NCBI GenBank assembly: GCA_965250045.1
Contig: OZ252286.1
Coordinates: forward strand, 2,870,317 to 2,934,316
Direction of reading: 5' to 3'
Source: Candidatus Marinacidobacterium sp.
Lineage (GTDB): Bacteria; Acidobacteriota; Vicinamibacteria; Marinacidobacterales; Marinacidobacteraceae
DNA length: 64,000 bases
Shown: positions 17,993 through 29,900 of the stretch, piece after piece
Position numbering within the stretch: the first letter of the stretch is position 1
Layout of the letters: every line of letters begins with the position of its first letter
Position numbers and translations under genes: made by a program
Notes under the pieces: model-generated
Told to the model about the DNA's origin: nothing
Database searches by the model: none
The model's input: the letters and a program-made list of their open reading frames with translations, nothing else

Positions 17993-19380
17993 GAGCTATG
18001 GTCGAAAGTGGGTGACGTCGGGAGAAAGGGGTGGCGTATCGTGGGAGTAACCAACCTTCCACATCTCCAAGGAGGAGTGATACGCCATGACGGAGAGTAC
18101 CGTTGTTTTCCTTCCCTCAGCAGAGGGAGTTGAGGATCCGCTGACGGAGGTTCTGCGAGCGGGAGCCCGCGAGCTGGTGAGGCACGCGGTGGAGGCGGAG
18201 GTGGCGGCGCTGCTGGTGGCGTATGAGGATCACCGGACCGGAGGCGGCCGTCGGCGCGTGGTGCGTCACGGGCATGGCCCGGAGCGGGCGATCCTGACGG
18301 GGATCGGTCCGGTACCGGTGCGTCGGCCGAAGGTTCGGGACCGGGGTGGCGCGGGAGAGGATCGTGTCCGGTTCTCTTCGCGGATCCTGCCGCGATTCGC
18401 GCGGCGGACGCGCTCGCTGGACGCGGCGCTGCCGACGCTGTATCTGCTGGGAGTATCGAGCGGGGACTTTGGGGAAGCGCTGTCGGAGCTGTTGGGTTGT
18501 GGGGCCTCGGGGCTGTCGCCGGGCGTGATCGGCCGTTTGAAGGCGGAGTGGGAGTCGGAACACGAGCGCTGGCGTCTGCGGGATCTGTCGGACCGGCGGT
18601 ATGTCTACGTGTGGGCGGACGGGATCTACCTTCAGGGCCGGCTGGAAGACGAAAAGCAGTGCGTTCTGGTGCTGATCGGGGCGACGCCGGAGGGCAAAAA
18701 GGAACTGCTGGGGTTCCAGACGGGGTTCCGGGAGAGCGCCCAGAGTTGGCGGGAACTGCTGGAGGATCTCAAGGGGCGTGGCCTCCAGATCCCCCCGGAG
18801 CTGGCGATCGGGGACGGAGCTCTCGGCTTCTGGAAGGCGCTGGACGAGGTCTTCCCCAAGACCCGCCGCCAGCGCTGCTGGGTCCACAAGACCGCGAACA
18901 TACTGAACGCGTTGCCCAAGTCCCGGCACCGGAACGCCAAGCAGGACCTGCATCAGATCTGGATGGCGGAGGGGCGCGCCGAGGCGGAGCAGGCGATGGA
19001 CACCTTCGAGGCCAAATACCAGGCCAAGTATGGGAAGGCGGTCACCTGCCTGACCAAGGACCGCGACGCCCTGCTGGCCTTCTACGACTTCCCGGCCGAG
19101 CATTGGCAGCACATCCGGACCACCAACCCCATCGAGAGCGTCTTCGCTACCGTCCGGCATCGGACCGTTCGTAGCAAGGGATGCCTCTCTCACAAGACCG
19201 CACTGGCGATGGTCTTCAAACTGGTCATCGCTGCCAGCAAGACCTGGCGCCGCCTCAACGGCTACGAGCAGTTGCCCCGGCTCATCCAGGGCGTCAAATT
19301 TACCGACGGCATTCAAGCCGACGAAACCGAAACCCGCGCCGCCGCCTGATCATGTTGTCACCCACTTTCGGCCATAGCTC
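17993..19380 (+). mobile_element. IS256-family insertion sequence, copy 1 (1388 bp)
   Basis: Terminal inverted repeats GAGCTATGGTCGAAAGTGGGTGACG / CGTCACCCACTTTCGRCCATAGCTC; encodes a 420-aa transposase. Confidence 0.85.
18087..19349 (+). CDS. IS256-family (mutator-type) transposase
   Basis: 420 aa; typical IS256 architecture with catalytic region ...VWADGIYLQ...CWVHKTANILNALPK... Confidence 0.85.
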   Translation: MTESTVVFLPSAEGVEDPLTEVLRAGARELVRHAVEAEVAALLVAYEDHRTGGGRRRVVRHGHGPERAILTGIGPVPVRRPKVRDRGGAGEDRVRFSSRILPRFARRTRSLDAALPTLYLLGVSSGDFGEALSELLGCGASGLSPGVIGRLKAEWESEHERWRLRDLSDRRYVYVWADGIYLQGRLEDEKQCVLVLIGATPEGKKELLGFQTGFRESAQSWRELLEDLKGRGLQIPPELAIGDGALGFWKALDEVFPKTRRQRCWVHKTANILNALPKSRHRNAKQDLHQIWMAEGRAEAEQAMDTFEAKYQAKYGKAVTCLTKDRDALLAFYDFPAEHWQHIRTTNPIESVFATVRHRTVRSKGCLSHKTALAMVFKLVIAASKTWRRLNGYEQLPRLIQGVKFTDGIQADETETRAAA

Positions 19381-19822
19381 GATTTCTTGAGCGCGAAGCC
19401 ATCAGCGGCTCGGCGGCCGTTCGGTCCGTTGTCCTTCCCGAATACGATCTGCCGAGCCACCCGGGGCGGCGGCTTGAACACGGGCTCCCAGTCCCGCACT
19501 TCGAGCTGTTCGATCCGCCCGTAATTCACCTCCTGCATCAGCTCGACGAGGCGTCGCCTGGCAGGAGTCAGGGCCGCCTTGGTCACATCCGTCATTTCCG
19601 GACCTCCTTTCGCGCTTTGGCGCATCAACGAAATCGCCCCCTCGGAGGCAGGTCCGACGAGGGTTCCTTCCAGGGAGCGTTGCCCGGACTTACCGGACGG
19701 AGCCGTCGGGGGAAGAGCTCTCGTCGGAGAGCTATGGTCGAAAGTGGGTGACGGCGAGAGAAGGGGGTGGCGTATCGTGGGAGTAACCAACCTTCCACAT
19801 CTCCAAAGAGGAGTGATACGCC

Positions 19823-20862
19823 ATGACGGAGAGTACCGTTGTTTTCCTTCCCTCAGCAGAGGGAGTTGAGGACCCGCTGACGGAGGTTCTGCGAGCGGGG
19901 GCCCGTCAGTTGGTGAGGCACGCCGTGGAAGCGGAGGTGGCGGCGCTGCTGGCGGCCTACGCCGATCATCGGACCGAGACGGGCCGTCGGCGACTGGTGC
20001 GTCACGGGCATGGCCCGGAGCGGGAGATCCTGACGGGGATCGGGCCGGTTCCGGTGCGGCGGCCGAAAGTACGGGACCGCGGAGGCGGGGGGGAGGATCG
20101 GATTCGGTTTTCCTCGACGATCCTGCCGCGTTTCGCGCGCCGGACGCGCTCGTTGGACGCGGCGCTGCCGACGCTGTATCTGCTGGGAGTGTCGAGCGGG
20201 GACTTCGGGGAGGCGCTGTCGGAGCTTGTGGGTCCGGGGGCCTCGGGGCTGTCGCCTGGTGTGATCGGTCGTTTGAAGGCGGAGTGGGAGGCTGAGCACC
20301 AGCGCTGGCGTGCGCGGGATCTCTCGGATCGGCGGCATGTGTATGTCTGGGCGGACGGGATCTACCTTCAGGGGCGTCTGGAGGACGAGAAGCAGTGCGT
20401 TCTGGTGCTGATCGGGGCAACGCCGGAGGGCCGGAAGGAGCTGTTGGGGTTCCAGACGGGGTTCCGGGAGAGCACCCAGAGCTGGCGGGAGCTGCTGGAG
20501 GACCTGAAGGGGCGCGGCCTCTCGATCCCCCCGGAGTTGGCGATTGGCGACGGGGCTCTCGGGTTCTGGAAGGCGCTGGATGAGGTCTTCCCGAAGACCC
20601 GCCGCCAGCGCTGCTGGGTTCACAAGACGGCGAACGTGTTGAACGTGTTGCCCAAGTCCCGGCAGCGGAATGCAAAGCAGGATCTGCATCAGATCTGGAT
20701 GGCGGCGAGCCGCGCCGAGGCGGAGCAGGCGATGGACACCTTCGAGGCCAAATACCACGCGAAGTATGCGAAGGCGGTCCCCTGCCTGACCAAGGACCGG
20801 GAGGCGTTGCTTGCGTTCTACGACTTTCCGGCCGAGCACTGGCAGCACATCCGGACCACGAA
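19823..20862 (+). pseudogene. IS256-family transposase of copy 2, interrupted (N-terminal 346 codons; C-terminal remnant 22635-22857)
   Basis: Collinear with the copy 1 transposase until the nested IS insertion point. Confidence 0.75.
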
Positions 20863-22625
20863 GGACTGTCAGAAATTCCGTGTGTAGGCCGGCGATTTTG
20901 GAAACTGGGCTTGGTTTGCTTCCCGGCATTGTATGACCGGGCCGATGGGGATCTGGCCGGCGCGCCCGAGGGGGCCAGCCGGGGGCGGGTAGGGACGCCG
21001 GGGGTTTTTGGAGTTCAAGGAGAGGGGCGGCGCCCGAGGCTCTCCACGGGCCAAACCTCTCCAGCAAACTCCAAGCTCCAAGGAGAGCCTGTGGGAAGGG
21101 TGGGAAACGCGTCCCGCTCCCCGAATCGTCCGGCAGCAAGGCGCGATGCGGTTCCAGCGTTTTCCAAGTCCTGGGGGAATCGCTCCGGACGAAGCGGTCC
21201 CTCGCGATCCGGTCGCCACGGGCGCCGCGATTTCCCCGGGACGGCGCTTTCCACGGGCTCAAGGCGGCGCTTTCGCGAACCCGCCGGGGGCCGTGAGGCG
21301 GACCGGCCGCCGCGCCCCGGGGGGCGGCACGCGGCGGGCTCACACGACCTCCACCGGGAATCGGTCCCCGAACAGGATGGCGAACTCGGCCCGCGCCTGG
21401 AACCAGTAGATCTGCGGCCGCTGCCACTTCCGCTCGATCTTCCGCAGCGTCAGGTAGATCAGCTTCGCCGCCGCCCGGTCGTTCGGAAAGTGGCCCCGCG
21501 TCCGTACCGCCCGCCGCACCGTGCTGTTCAGGCTCTCGATGGCGTTCGTCGTGTAGATCACCCGCCGGATCGGCGCCGAAAACGCGAAGTACGGGATCAC
21601 CTGCGTCCAGTTCCGCCGCCAACTCCGCACGATCGCCGGGAACTTCCGGCCCCAGGCACCCGCCTCGAACGCGTCCAGCGCCTCCTCCGCCTCCTCCAGC
21701 GTGTCCGCCCGGTAGATCGGACGCAGCGCCGACGCCAGCTCCTTGCGCTCCTTCCAGGACGCGTGCGCCAGCGAATACCGGATCAGGTGCACCACGCAGG
21801 TCTGCACCGTCGCCTCCGGAAACGCCGCCTCGATCGCCTCCGGAAACCCCTTCAGCCCGTCCACCACCACGATCAACACATCCCGAACGCCCCGCGCCTT
21901 CAGCTCGTTCATCACCCCCAGCCAGAACTTCGCCCCCTCGTTCGCCGCCGTCCACATCCCCAGGATCTCCTTCCGCCCCAGCGCCGTCACCCCGATCGCC
22001 AGGTGCACCGCCTTGTTCTGAACCAAACCCTCCTCCCGGATCTTCACCCGCAACGCGTCGAAATACACGATCGGATACACCGCCTCCAACGGCCGCGAAC
22101 GCCACTCCCGCAGCTCCTCGTGAACCTCGTCCGTCACCTTCGAGATCAACTCCCGAGACACCGTAACCCCATACAACTCCTCCACATGCGCCCGGATCTC
22201 CCGCGTCGTCATCCCCCGCGCATACAGCGAAATCACCTTCTCGTCGAACCCCGGTAGACGACGAACCCACTTCTCGATCAACTGCGGCTCAAAACGTCCC
22301 CCTCGATCCCGCGGAACCGCCAACTCCACCGATCCCGCCCCCGTCAACACCCGCTTCCGGTTGTGCCCGTTCCGGTGGTTCCCTGACCCCACCTCCTCCT
22401 CCCGCGAAAGGTGCAACTCCATCTCCACCTCCAGCGCACGCTCCGCCAGCGACTTCTGAAGCGCCGCAAACAACTCCCCGCTCCGGAGCGCCTCCCGTGG
22501 ATCCTCTCCCCCCAGAAGCTCGTCCAAAAGCTCTCCGCCGATCCGACTCTGCCGTCGCGTCATCTCTCTTCTCCTTAGCTCGTCTAGGTTACGCCCCTCC
22601 TACACACGGAATTTCTGACAGGCTC
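20863..22625 (-). mobile_element. Second, unrelated IS256-family IS nested inside copy 2; 9-bp TSD GACCACGAA
   Basis: TIRs GGACTGTCAGAAATTCCGTGTGTAGG / CCTACACACGGAATTTCTGACAGGCTC. GACCACGAA is duplicated at 20854-20862 and 22626-22634. Confidence 0.75.
21340..22563 (-). CDS. IS256-family transposase (second family)
   Basis: 407 aa; classic IS256 transposase (…VYPIVYFDALRVKIREEG…VDGLKGFPEAIEAAFPEATVQTCVVHLIRYSL…). Confidence 0.85.
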   Translation of the reverse strand: MTRRQSRIGGELLDELLGGEDPREALRSGELFAALQKSLAERALEVEMELHLSREEEVGSGNHRNGHNRKRVLTGAGSVELAVPRDRGGRFEPQLIEKWVRRLPGFDEKVISLYARGMTTREIRAHVEELYGVTVSRELISKVTDEVHEELREWRSRPLEAVYPIVYFDALRVKIREEGLVQNKAVHLAIGVTALGRKEILGMWTAANEGAKFWLGVMNELKARGVRDVLIVVVDGLKGFPEAIEAAFPEATVQTCVVHLIRYSLAHASWKERKELASALRPIYRADTLEEAEEALDAFEAGAWGRKFPAIVRSWRRNWTQVIPYFAFSAPIRRVIYTTNAIESLNSTVRRAVRTRGHFPNDRAAAKLIYLTLRKIERKWQRPQIYWFQARAEFAILFGDRFPVEVV

Positions 22626-23924
22626 GACCACGAACCCCATCGAGAGCGTCTTCGCCACCGTCCGGCATCGCACTGTTCGCAGCAAGGGATGCCTCTCCCA
22701 CAAGACGGCGCTGGCGATGGTCTTCAAGCTGGTCATGGCCGCCAGCAAGACCTGGCGCCGGCTCAACGGCTACCAACATTTGCCCCGGCTCATCCAGGGC
22801 GTCAAATTTACCGACGGCATTCAAGCCGACGAAACCGAAACCCGCGCCGCCGCCTGATCATGCCGTCACCCACTTTCGACCATAGCTCCTCGTCGGAGCC
22901 TTCACCCCTCAATGGCGAAATTTCGTTAAGCGGCAGGAGGCGCCACGAACAGCGGAAGCGCCCCCGGCGTGCGGTCCATCCGCCTCGCCGTCTCCGGGGC
23001 GTTAACTCGTGTCATGAATGAAGGCTTCGGTGGCCCGAACTATCAAGTCGTTTCTCCGTAACCACTTGGGAATGCTCGACTTTCTCGGCTTCACTCCCCG
23101 ATTCAGCCAGGATGCGGCGCCTCTTGCGGTGCCGGAGGTAGCCTTGGGCCAGGATCGAGGCGATCTCCGCGACGACCTCGTCGAGGGCGTCGGGGATGGG
23201 TGGGTTGCTCGGCATCCGGTTCTCCTCCTCGCGGGCGCCGCGAAAGAGGAGGCGTCGTGGATGCCGGACGGGACGGAATGGTCGTCAGGAGCCGTTGGAG
23301 TCCGCTCGACACCGCGCGCGGGCGATGTCGCCGGCACCCACAACGGGCTCCGTTCTCACGGCCGCTGCCGCTGTCTGGTGATCAGCCGGCCCCCCGTGGC
23401 CCGGCTTCCGCTGGATACCTACCGGCGCCGGTTAGGAAATGTCGAAACGCGGGGGCCCTTGGCAAAACGGGCTGTTAAACAACGCGGAGCGAAAAATGGA
23501 GAATCGGAGAATTCGGAAACGAAATCGCGGGGTCCCCATGCGCAACCCCCCTGGTTGCACGCGGCACCCCGCGTGGATCTTCCTAACCGGAGAATCGAGG
23601 AGAATGTGGGAATGGGCGTAACTGCTTGGAACAACGGTAGATACGACGAAGCCCCGGAGGGGTCACCCTCCGGGGCTTCGCGTTAACTATCGAGGCACTT
23701 TAGTTCGTCCTCGAAAAAATGGCTCCCCTTGCGCAACTTTCCCTTGTTCCGATCCAGCAATTTCGAGGCGGAAGCGTTGTCAAGCCCATTTCCGCCCCGC
23801 TGGTCAAAAAAGGCCCATCTCCAACGTCGGGACCAGGATATCTGGGTCGTCGTTCACCCTGGTGCTGACGGCGGGCCGCCCGTAGGGACCGGCAGGGGTT
23901 CACCCACTGCTCGGGGTCAGCTCC

Positions 23925-26900
23925 TCAGAAGGGGATCGACATTCGCACCATCACCGCTAGATCAGTCGGACCCGTTCTGTTCTTCCGCCTCGTGGCTTCC
24001 ATTTCCAACCTCAATGGCAGCGCCAGCTGCGAGCGTGGAGGCAGGCTACAAGCGGTCCCCCAGGCCAGCTCCCGGCCCTGTCCGGCCCAGCGCAGCCGGC
24101 TATAGGGCGTCAGCAGACACGGTAAGCCCAGCGCCTTCAGGCCGCCGTAGGCCACCTCGCTTTCCATCCGCGACTGCGAACCCATTCCCGCGGCATCCAT
24201 TCCCACCGGGTGCGTGACCATATTAGCGTTGTTCCATAGCGTCGTTCGGCCGCCTCCATCCTGGCCCCGCGAGGAGTTCACCGACACCCGCAACCCGCGC
24301 TGCTTCTCCCCCGGGTCCCAGCTCACCTGCAAGCCCGCACCCCAGTCCCGGTAGTCACTCTCATGCACCACCAGCACCCGCCCGTACAGCGCCGCGTCCA
24401 GGCCACTGTGCGCGTCCAGATACCCCAGACGGAAACCGGTTTCCATCCCAGCGCCCCGATCCGCGTCGCCCCGGTCAAAACGCCCGCCCGCTTCCGCCGT
24501 CAGGCTCAGTGACCGACCCGCCGACAGCGCCGCGTCATGCACCCACTCCAGCATCAACCGGCCCCGCTGGGCTTCACCGCGCACCGCCGCGATGTCCGCC
24601 AACGCGTCGGTCCCCAGTTGCGTCGTGAAGGCATCCGCGCGCACACCCCACTCATTGCTGCCCCGCCCCCCGAGCACCGCCCGCACGCCCCCGGCGAACA
24701 TCCGAAACTCGGCGCCGAAGTCGTGCGTCCGGCCCGGCTCTTCCACCTCCACTTGACCCTGTCCCAAGCCGCCAATGCCCCACACGCTCAACCGCGCGCT
24801 CGGCTGCCAGTACACATACGGGTGAACCGTGTTCATCCGACTCTCCAGCAACCCCGCCACCCCATCGTCCGTGTACTCCAGGTCCCCCCAGCTGCGCATG
24901 AACGACAGCCCCGCCAGAACCCGATCGTTGGCATACAGGTCCAGACCTACATGCGCGGCTTCGAGACCGCCGCCATAGTCCATACCCAGCCGCGTCAAGT
25001 CGCCGTTGAAGCGCTGCAGATCACCCTGGGCCCACATTACCGGCACCCAACTCGTCTCGCCCTCGCTCTCTCCCAGGGACATCTCGAACGACGCTCCAGA
25101 AAGGTTGAGCGCTTGCCCCACCATGGCCGAGTACCCAGCCGATCCCGCGTCCCTGGTCCCAGCACCCGGGATGAGCTCTTGATCCCGCATCCCGGAGAAG
25201 TCCCCCGAGCCCGGTCCCAGCCGCGCGTCTCCAAACCCGGAACCAAAGTGTCGATCCTGACCGGAGACTCGCCCGCCAGGCGCCGCACCGTAGCCGGAAG
25301 ACATGGCCGAGCCGCTCTGGGCGGCGCGCGCGAGGTTCTCAAACGAACCCAGCACCACATTGCGCAGCCACGAGACGGGCGTGCCGGTCTCCCGATGCTC
25401 CGAGTTCCAATCCGATCCCGTTGCCGCGCTGGTCCGGGCTGCGCCGGCCTGGTCTGCGCCCCGCGCGTGCTCAACCAAGGAGCCTTCTGCTCCTCTGCCG
25501 CCGCTGCCCTCACTGCCTACCCGCTCCGATTCGCCCGCGCCCAGAGCCGCCGCGCGATTGGCGCGCCCCGGCTGCAATGTCGATACCGCCCCACCCGACG
25601 ACCCCAGACGACTCCACTGCCGATGCCGCTCAAAGCGACCCTCTATCGCCGTCTGCGCGCTCGCTCCCATCGAGCGTCCCATCACCGCCAACATCGCCTC
25701 CAGCGAGGACGTGAACTGCTCCGCCGTCCGCCGCTGTCTGAAGCTCACTCTTGTCTCCGAGAGCTCTCCGCCGCTCACCGCCTCCGGCAATACGCCCAGG
25801 CTCAGCACGATCCCCTCCCCGGGATCGCTCACTTCATCCGTCAGCACCTCCACGGAAATCGTCCCCTCACGCTCGCCTTCCTCGAACACCAACGTCGACG
25901 GCACTTCCTGAAAGTCCTCGGGCGTCGTCCCGCCTTCGAGCGCCACCACGAGCGGTATCTCCAGCCGCCGGTCCGCGGCCGGGGAAACTGTCACCTTGAT
26001 CTCTGCCACCTCGCCTTCCTGCACTTCATACGCTGCCTGCCCAAAGCTCACCACGAGCTCCACCAGCCCCTTGTCTTCGAGCGTCACTATCGCCACGGCC
26101 GGTTCCCCGGCCAGCACGATCTCCGGCAGCTCCCCAAAGCCCAGCTCCACCGTCTCGTCGTCCCCATCCCCATCATGGTTGGCTGCAATCGTGAAGGTCT
26201 GTTCCGTCGCGCCGGCCCCGAAGGTAAGCGTTCCCGTGCCCGCCTCGGCATCCCAATCCTTCAACCCCTCGACCTGGTAGTCGCCTACTTCCGTCGTCTC
26301 CGGCCGCGTCACCCGGACCGGAATCGCCAACTCTTCGTCACCCGCCTTGCTCAGCTTCACCGTCACCGTCACCGACTCCCCACCTTCGGTTGCCGTGTAG
26401 CTCTCCGCCGCATAGCTCACCACAATGCCTGTCGCAATGACGAACGGCGCCGCCGCCTCATTGCCGTTGCTGGCGGCGTCCTCAGCCACATCCTCGGCAA
26501 CCTCCACCACCACCGGCTGTCCCACCACCGTCGGCTCGATTGTGGCTCGATACTCACTCGATGACACCGCGGTGAAGTCCGCTACCGTCCCGTTGGTGAC
26601 CTGAATATCGCTCTGCTCGAAACCCGTGACCGCCTCGCTAAAGGTGATCGTTACCTCGAACGCACCCCCCACCGGTCCCGCGGCCGCGCTGGTGATCTCC
26701 ACCTTCGGTGGGGCCGCCGCCTCGCTCGTGATCGCCACCGTGGGGCCGGCGCGGTCCCTCGCCGCGGCCCGGTGGACCTTGATGGTGTAGGTCTGAGTGG
26801 GCGTCCCGTCCGCGGCAGTCACCTGCACCGGGATGGAGGTTGCAGCACCCAAGGCCAGGGCAATCGCGTCACTGGCGCTCCGGCTCGCCACCACGCTGCC

Positions 26901-29900
26901 GTTCACCGTCACCGTCGCGCCGACTTCAGCCGTCGTCGGCGTCACTTTCACACTGTCTGTAGAGGCCTCCACGGCGACGGCGTAGCTCGTGGTCGTCGCG
27001 GCGAAGTCCGGTGTCAGCGTCCCCGGCGAGACGGTCAGGTTCAACAGGTTCGCGTTGGAGCCGCTCTCAAGGATCGCCACGCTCACCGGTACGTCGATCG
27101 TGACGATCCCGTCCGTGACGGCGTAGCGAAACATATCGGTGCCGGTGAAGCCGGCCTTGGGCGTATAGGTGACGGTGGTCCCGTTGGTGTTGATCTCGGC
27201 GGTCCCGTTGCTCGGGCCCGTTCCGGGTAAGCCCACCTCGACCACGCGGAGGATCGTCCCCGCGTCCACGTCCGAGTCGTTTTCCAACACGCCAATGACG
27301 ATTGGAATGTCTTGGCTGGTCTCGGCGGTGTCAGCCTTCGCCTCCGGCGGGTCGTTCACGGCATTCACGTTAATGGTGATGGTGTATGACGCCGCGCTGT
27401 CGAGCTCGCCGTCATTGACCTTGAAGTCGAACGTCGCGAAAGCGGCGCCGTTGGCATTGGCTGGCGGGGTGTACCTGAACTCGTCGGTGGCGGAGAACGT
27501 CACTTGCGGAGCCGTGTTGAGGTCGGTAATGTCCGTGCCATTGAACGACAGCGTCCCCCGGTCCGTCCCGGGCAGCGCGGTGATCTTCACATGGTCCAAC
27601 GTGGCGCCGTCGACGTCCGAGAAGCCAAAGTCCGCCTCACCAAACGTGTACGTCGTGTCCTCGTCCATGGACACCGTCTTGTCGGAACCCGTGAGGGAGT
27701 CGTCCACGGCATTCACGTTAATGGTGATGGTGTATGCCAACTCGCTGTCGGCCGCGCCGTCATTGACCTTGAAGTCGAACGTCGCGAAAGCGGCGCCGTT
27801 GGCATTGGCTGACGGGGTGTATGTGAGATTGCCGGCATCGAGCCCGGTCTTTGCCACCTGCCTGGGCGTCCTGACATCGGTAATGGGCGTGCCGCCAACC
27901 GACAGCGTTCCCCGGTTCTGCTCGGGCAGTGCAGTGATCTTCAAGCGGTTCAGCGTGGCGCCGGATTTGACGCTCGTGAAGCCGAAGTCCGCCACCTTAA
28001 AGGTGTACGTCGTGTCCTCGTCCGTGGACACTGTGTTGTGGGAAGCCGTGGGGGCGTCGTTCACCGGCGTGGCGGTCGTGGTGGATGCAGGGCCGCGACC
28101 GGAAGCGTTCTCGGCACGCACCGCAAACGTGTACTGGGTGCCGTTGGTCAGTCCGATCACGGTGGTGGTGGTAGTGCTCGCACCGCTGTCGCTGATGTCG
28201 GCGAAGGTCGTGCCACCGTCCTTGCTGACCTGGTACTTGGTGATCGTGTTGTTGCCCGGATCGTCCCAGGACAGAGTGACTTGGCCGTTACTCGGCGTGG
28301 CCGTGAGGTTCGTCGGGGGGGCCGGCGAGACCACCATCGGCGTGGCATCCACGGCGGCTGGCCAACTGCTGTCCGCGGAGTCCTGTGTCGCCAGCACCGT
28401 GAAGGTGTATTCGGTGCCGTTGTTCAACGAGTCAATGGCAGCGATCGTCTTCGACCCCGAACCGGCTGGCACGTCCACCGAATTGCCGTCCGAGATGTCT
28501 ACCCGATAATCGGTGATCCCGGGGTTCCTGTCCCACTCCAGGAAGACCCGGCTGCTGTCCGGCGTCGCCACCAAATTGGTCGGCGCGGGCCACAGTGGCG
28601 TGGCAGTCGCGGTGGATGCCGCGCCGTAACCCCACCAGTTCACCCCGCGCACCGCCAGCGTGTACTGGGTGCCGTTGGTCAGACCGGTCACGGTGGTGGT
28701 GGTAGTGCTCTTGCTGCTGCCGCTGATGTCGGTGAAGGTCGTGCCACCGTCCATGCTGATCTGGTACTTGTAGATCGTGTCGTTGTCCGGATCGCTCCAG
28801 GACAGAGTGGTCTGGCGGTCGTCACCCTCGGTGGCCGTAAGGTTCTCCGGGGCCGGCATGGATATCGGTCTGGCCGTCACGGTGGGTGATTCCTTACCGT
28901 TCAGCGCCCGCACACTGAAGGCGTACAGGGTGCCGTTGGTCAGTGGATAAACGGTGCGAGTCGTCGTCGAACCCGATCCGGGAGGAAGGAATATGGTGTT
29001 ACGCCGGACACCGTCTTCATAGACATAGATATAATAATCGTCGATGTCGTCGTGGCCGTTGTTCCACTCCACGGTAACCCGACCCTGGCCCGCCGTCGCC
29101 ACCAAACCGGTCGGCGCGGGCCACAGTGGCGTGGCGGTCACGGTGGATTCCGCGCCGTTACCGCCAGCGTTCACCGCCCGCACCGCAAACGTGTACTGGG
29201 TGCCGTTGGTCAGACCGGTCACGGTGTAGCTGGTCGTGGTGTCATCGCTGCCGCTGATGACGCTGAAGGAGCCACCGTCGGTGCTGTACTCGTACTCGTC
29301 GATTGTGCTGTCGCCCGGATCGTCCCAGGTAAGACCGATCTGTCTGTCACCCACCTCGGCCTCGAGATTCGTCGGGGCGGTCGGGGCCAGTGCCGGCGTG
29401 GCGGTCACGGTGGATTCCGCGCCGTTACCGCCAGCGTTCACCGCCCGCACCGCAAACGTGTACTGGGTGCCGTTGGTCAGGCCGGTCACGGTGTAGCTGG
29501 TCGTGGTGTCACCGCTGTTGGGGATGTCGGCCCAGCTGCTGTAGGTCCCCGTGTCGGTTTTCCGGCGATACTGGTATTTCGTGATGGTGTTGTTGGCCGG
29601 ATTGGCCCAGGACAGAGTGACCTGGCCGTCATCCGGCGTGGCCGAGAGGTTCATTGGGGCGGCCGGGGCGCGAATTTGCCCATTGACCCTGATTTGTAAC
29701 ACACTGAAATTAATCGAACTCCACCCGGTTGAGCCCGGGGTGCGCGCGTGGCGTTCATTCCTGATGCTCCACCCGATGGCCGAAGCGGAATCTTGGAGGT
29801 TAGATGTCGTATTGTCCCATTGGGGGTAACTAGCACTGCCGTTAGGCGCGAAAACCATTTGCACGAAGTATTGGGTGTTTGCACTCAGACTGGCACCGGC

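Larger units (their letters stand above)
19729..22888 (+). mobile_element. IS256-family IS, copy 2 (diverged, ~90% aa identity), disrupted by a nested second IS; own 9-bp TSD CTCGTCGGA
   Basis: Same TIRs as copy 1; TSD CTCGTCGGA at 19720-19728 and 22889-22897. The transposase ORF breaks after ...WQHIRTT at 20862 and resumes at 22635. Confidence 0.8.

Noticed and set aside
19853-22270. 805-aa minus-strand ORF spanning IS copy 2 and the nested IS
   Set aside because: Runs antisense through two transposase genes and an IS boundary; composition is Gly/Arg/Asp low-complexity.
23012-23215. 67-aa minus ORF in the cargo downstream of the adhesin (MPSNPPIPDALDEVVAEIASILAQGYLRHRKRRR...)
   Set aside because: Protein-like N-terminus but no recognisable family and no clear RBS; may be a remnant of a truncated gene. 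Not annotated.
24537-28889. Several 200-675-aa ORFs on the plus strand opposite the adhesin gene
   Set aside because: Antisense to a well-supported 2121-aa modular protein; low-complexity R/H/P-rich translations.
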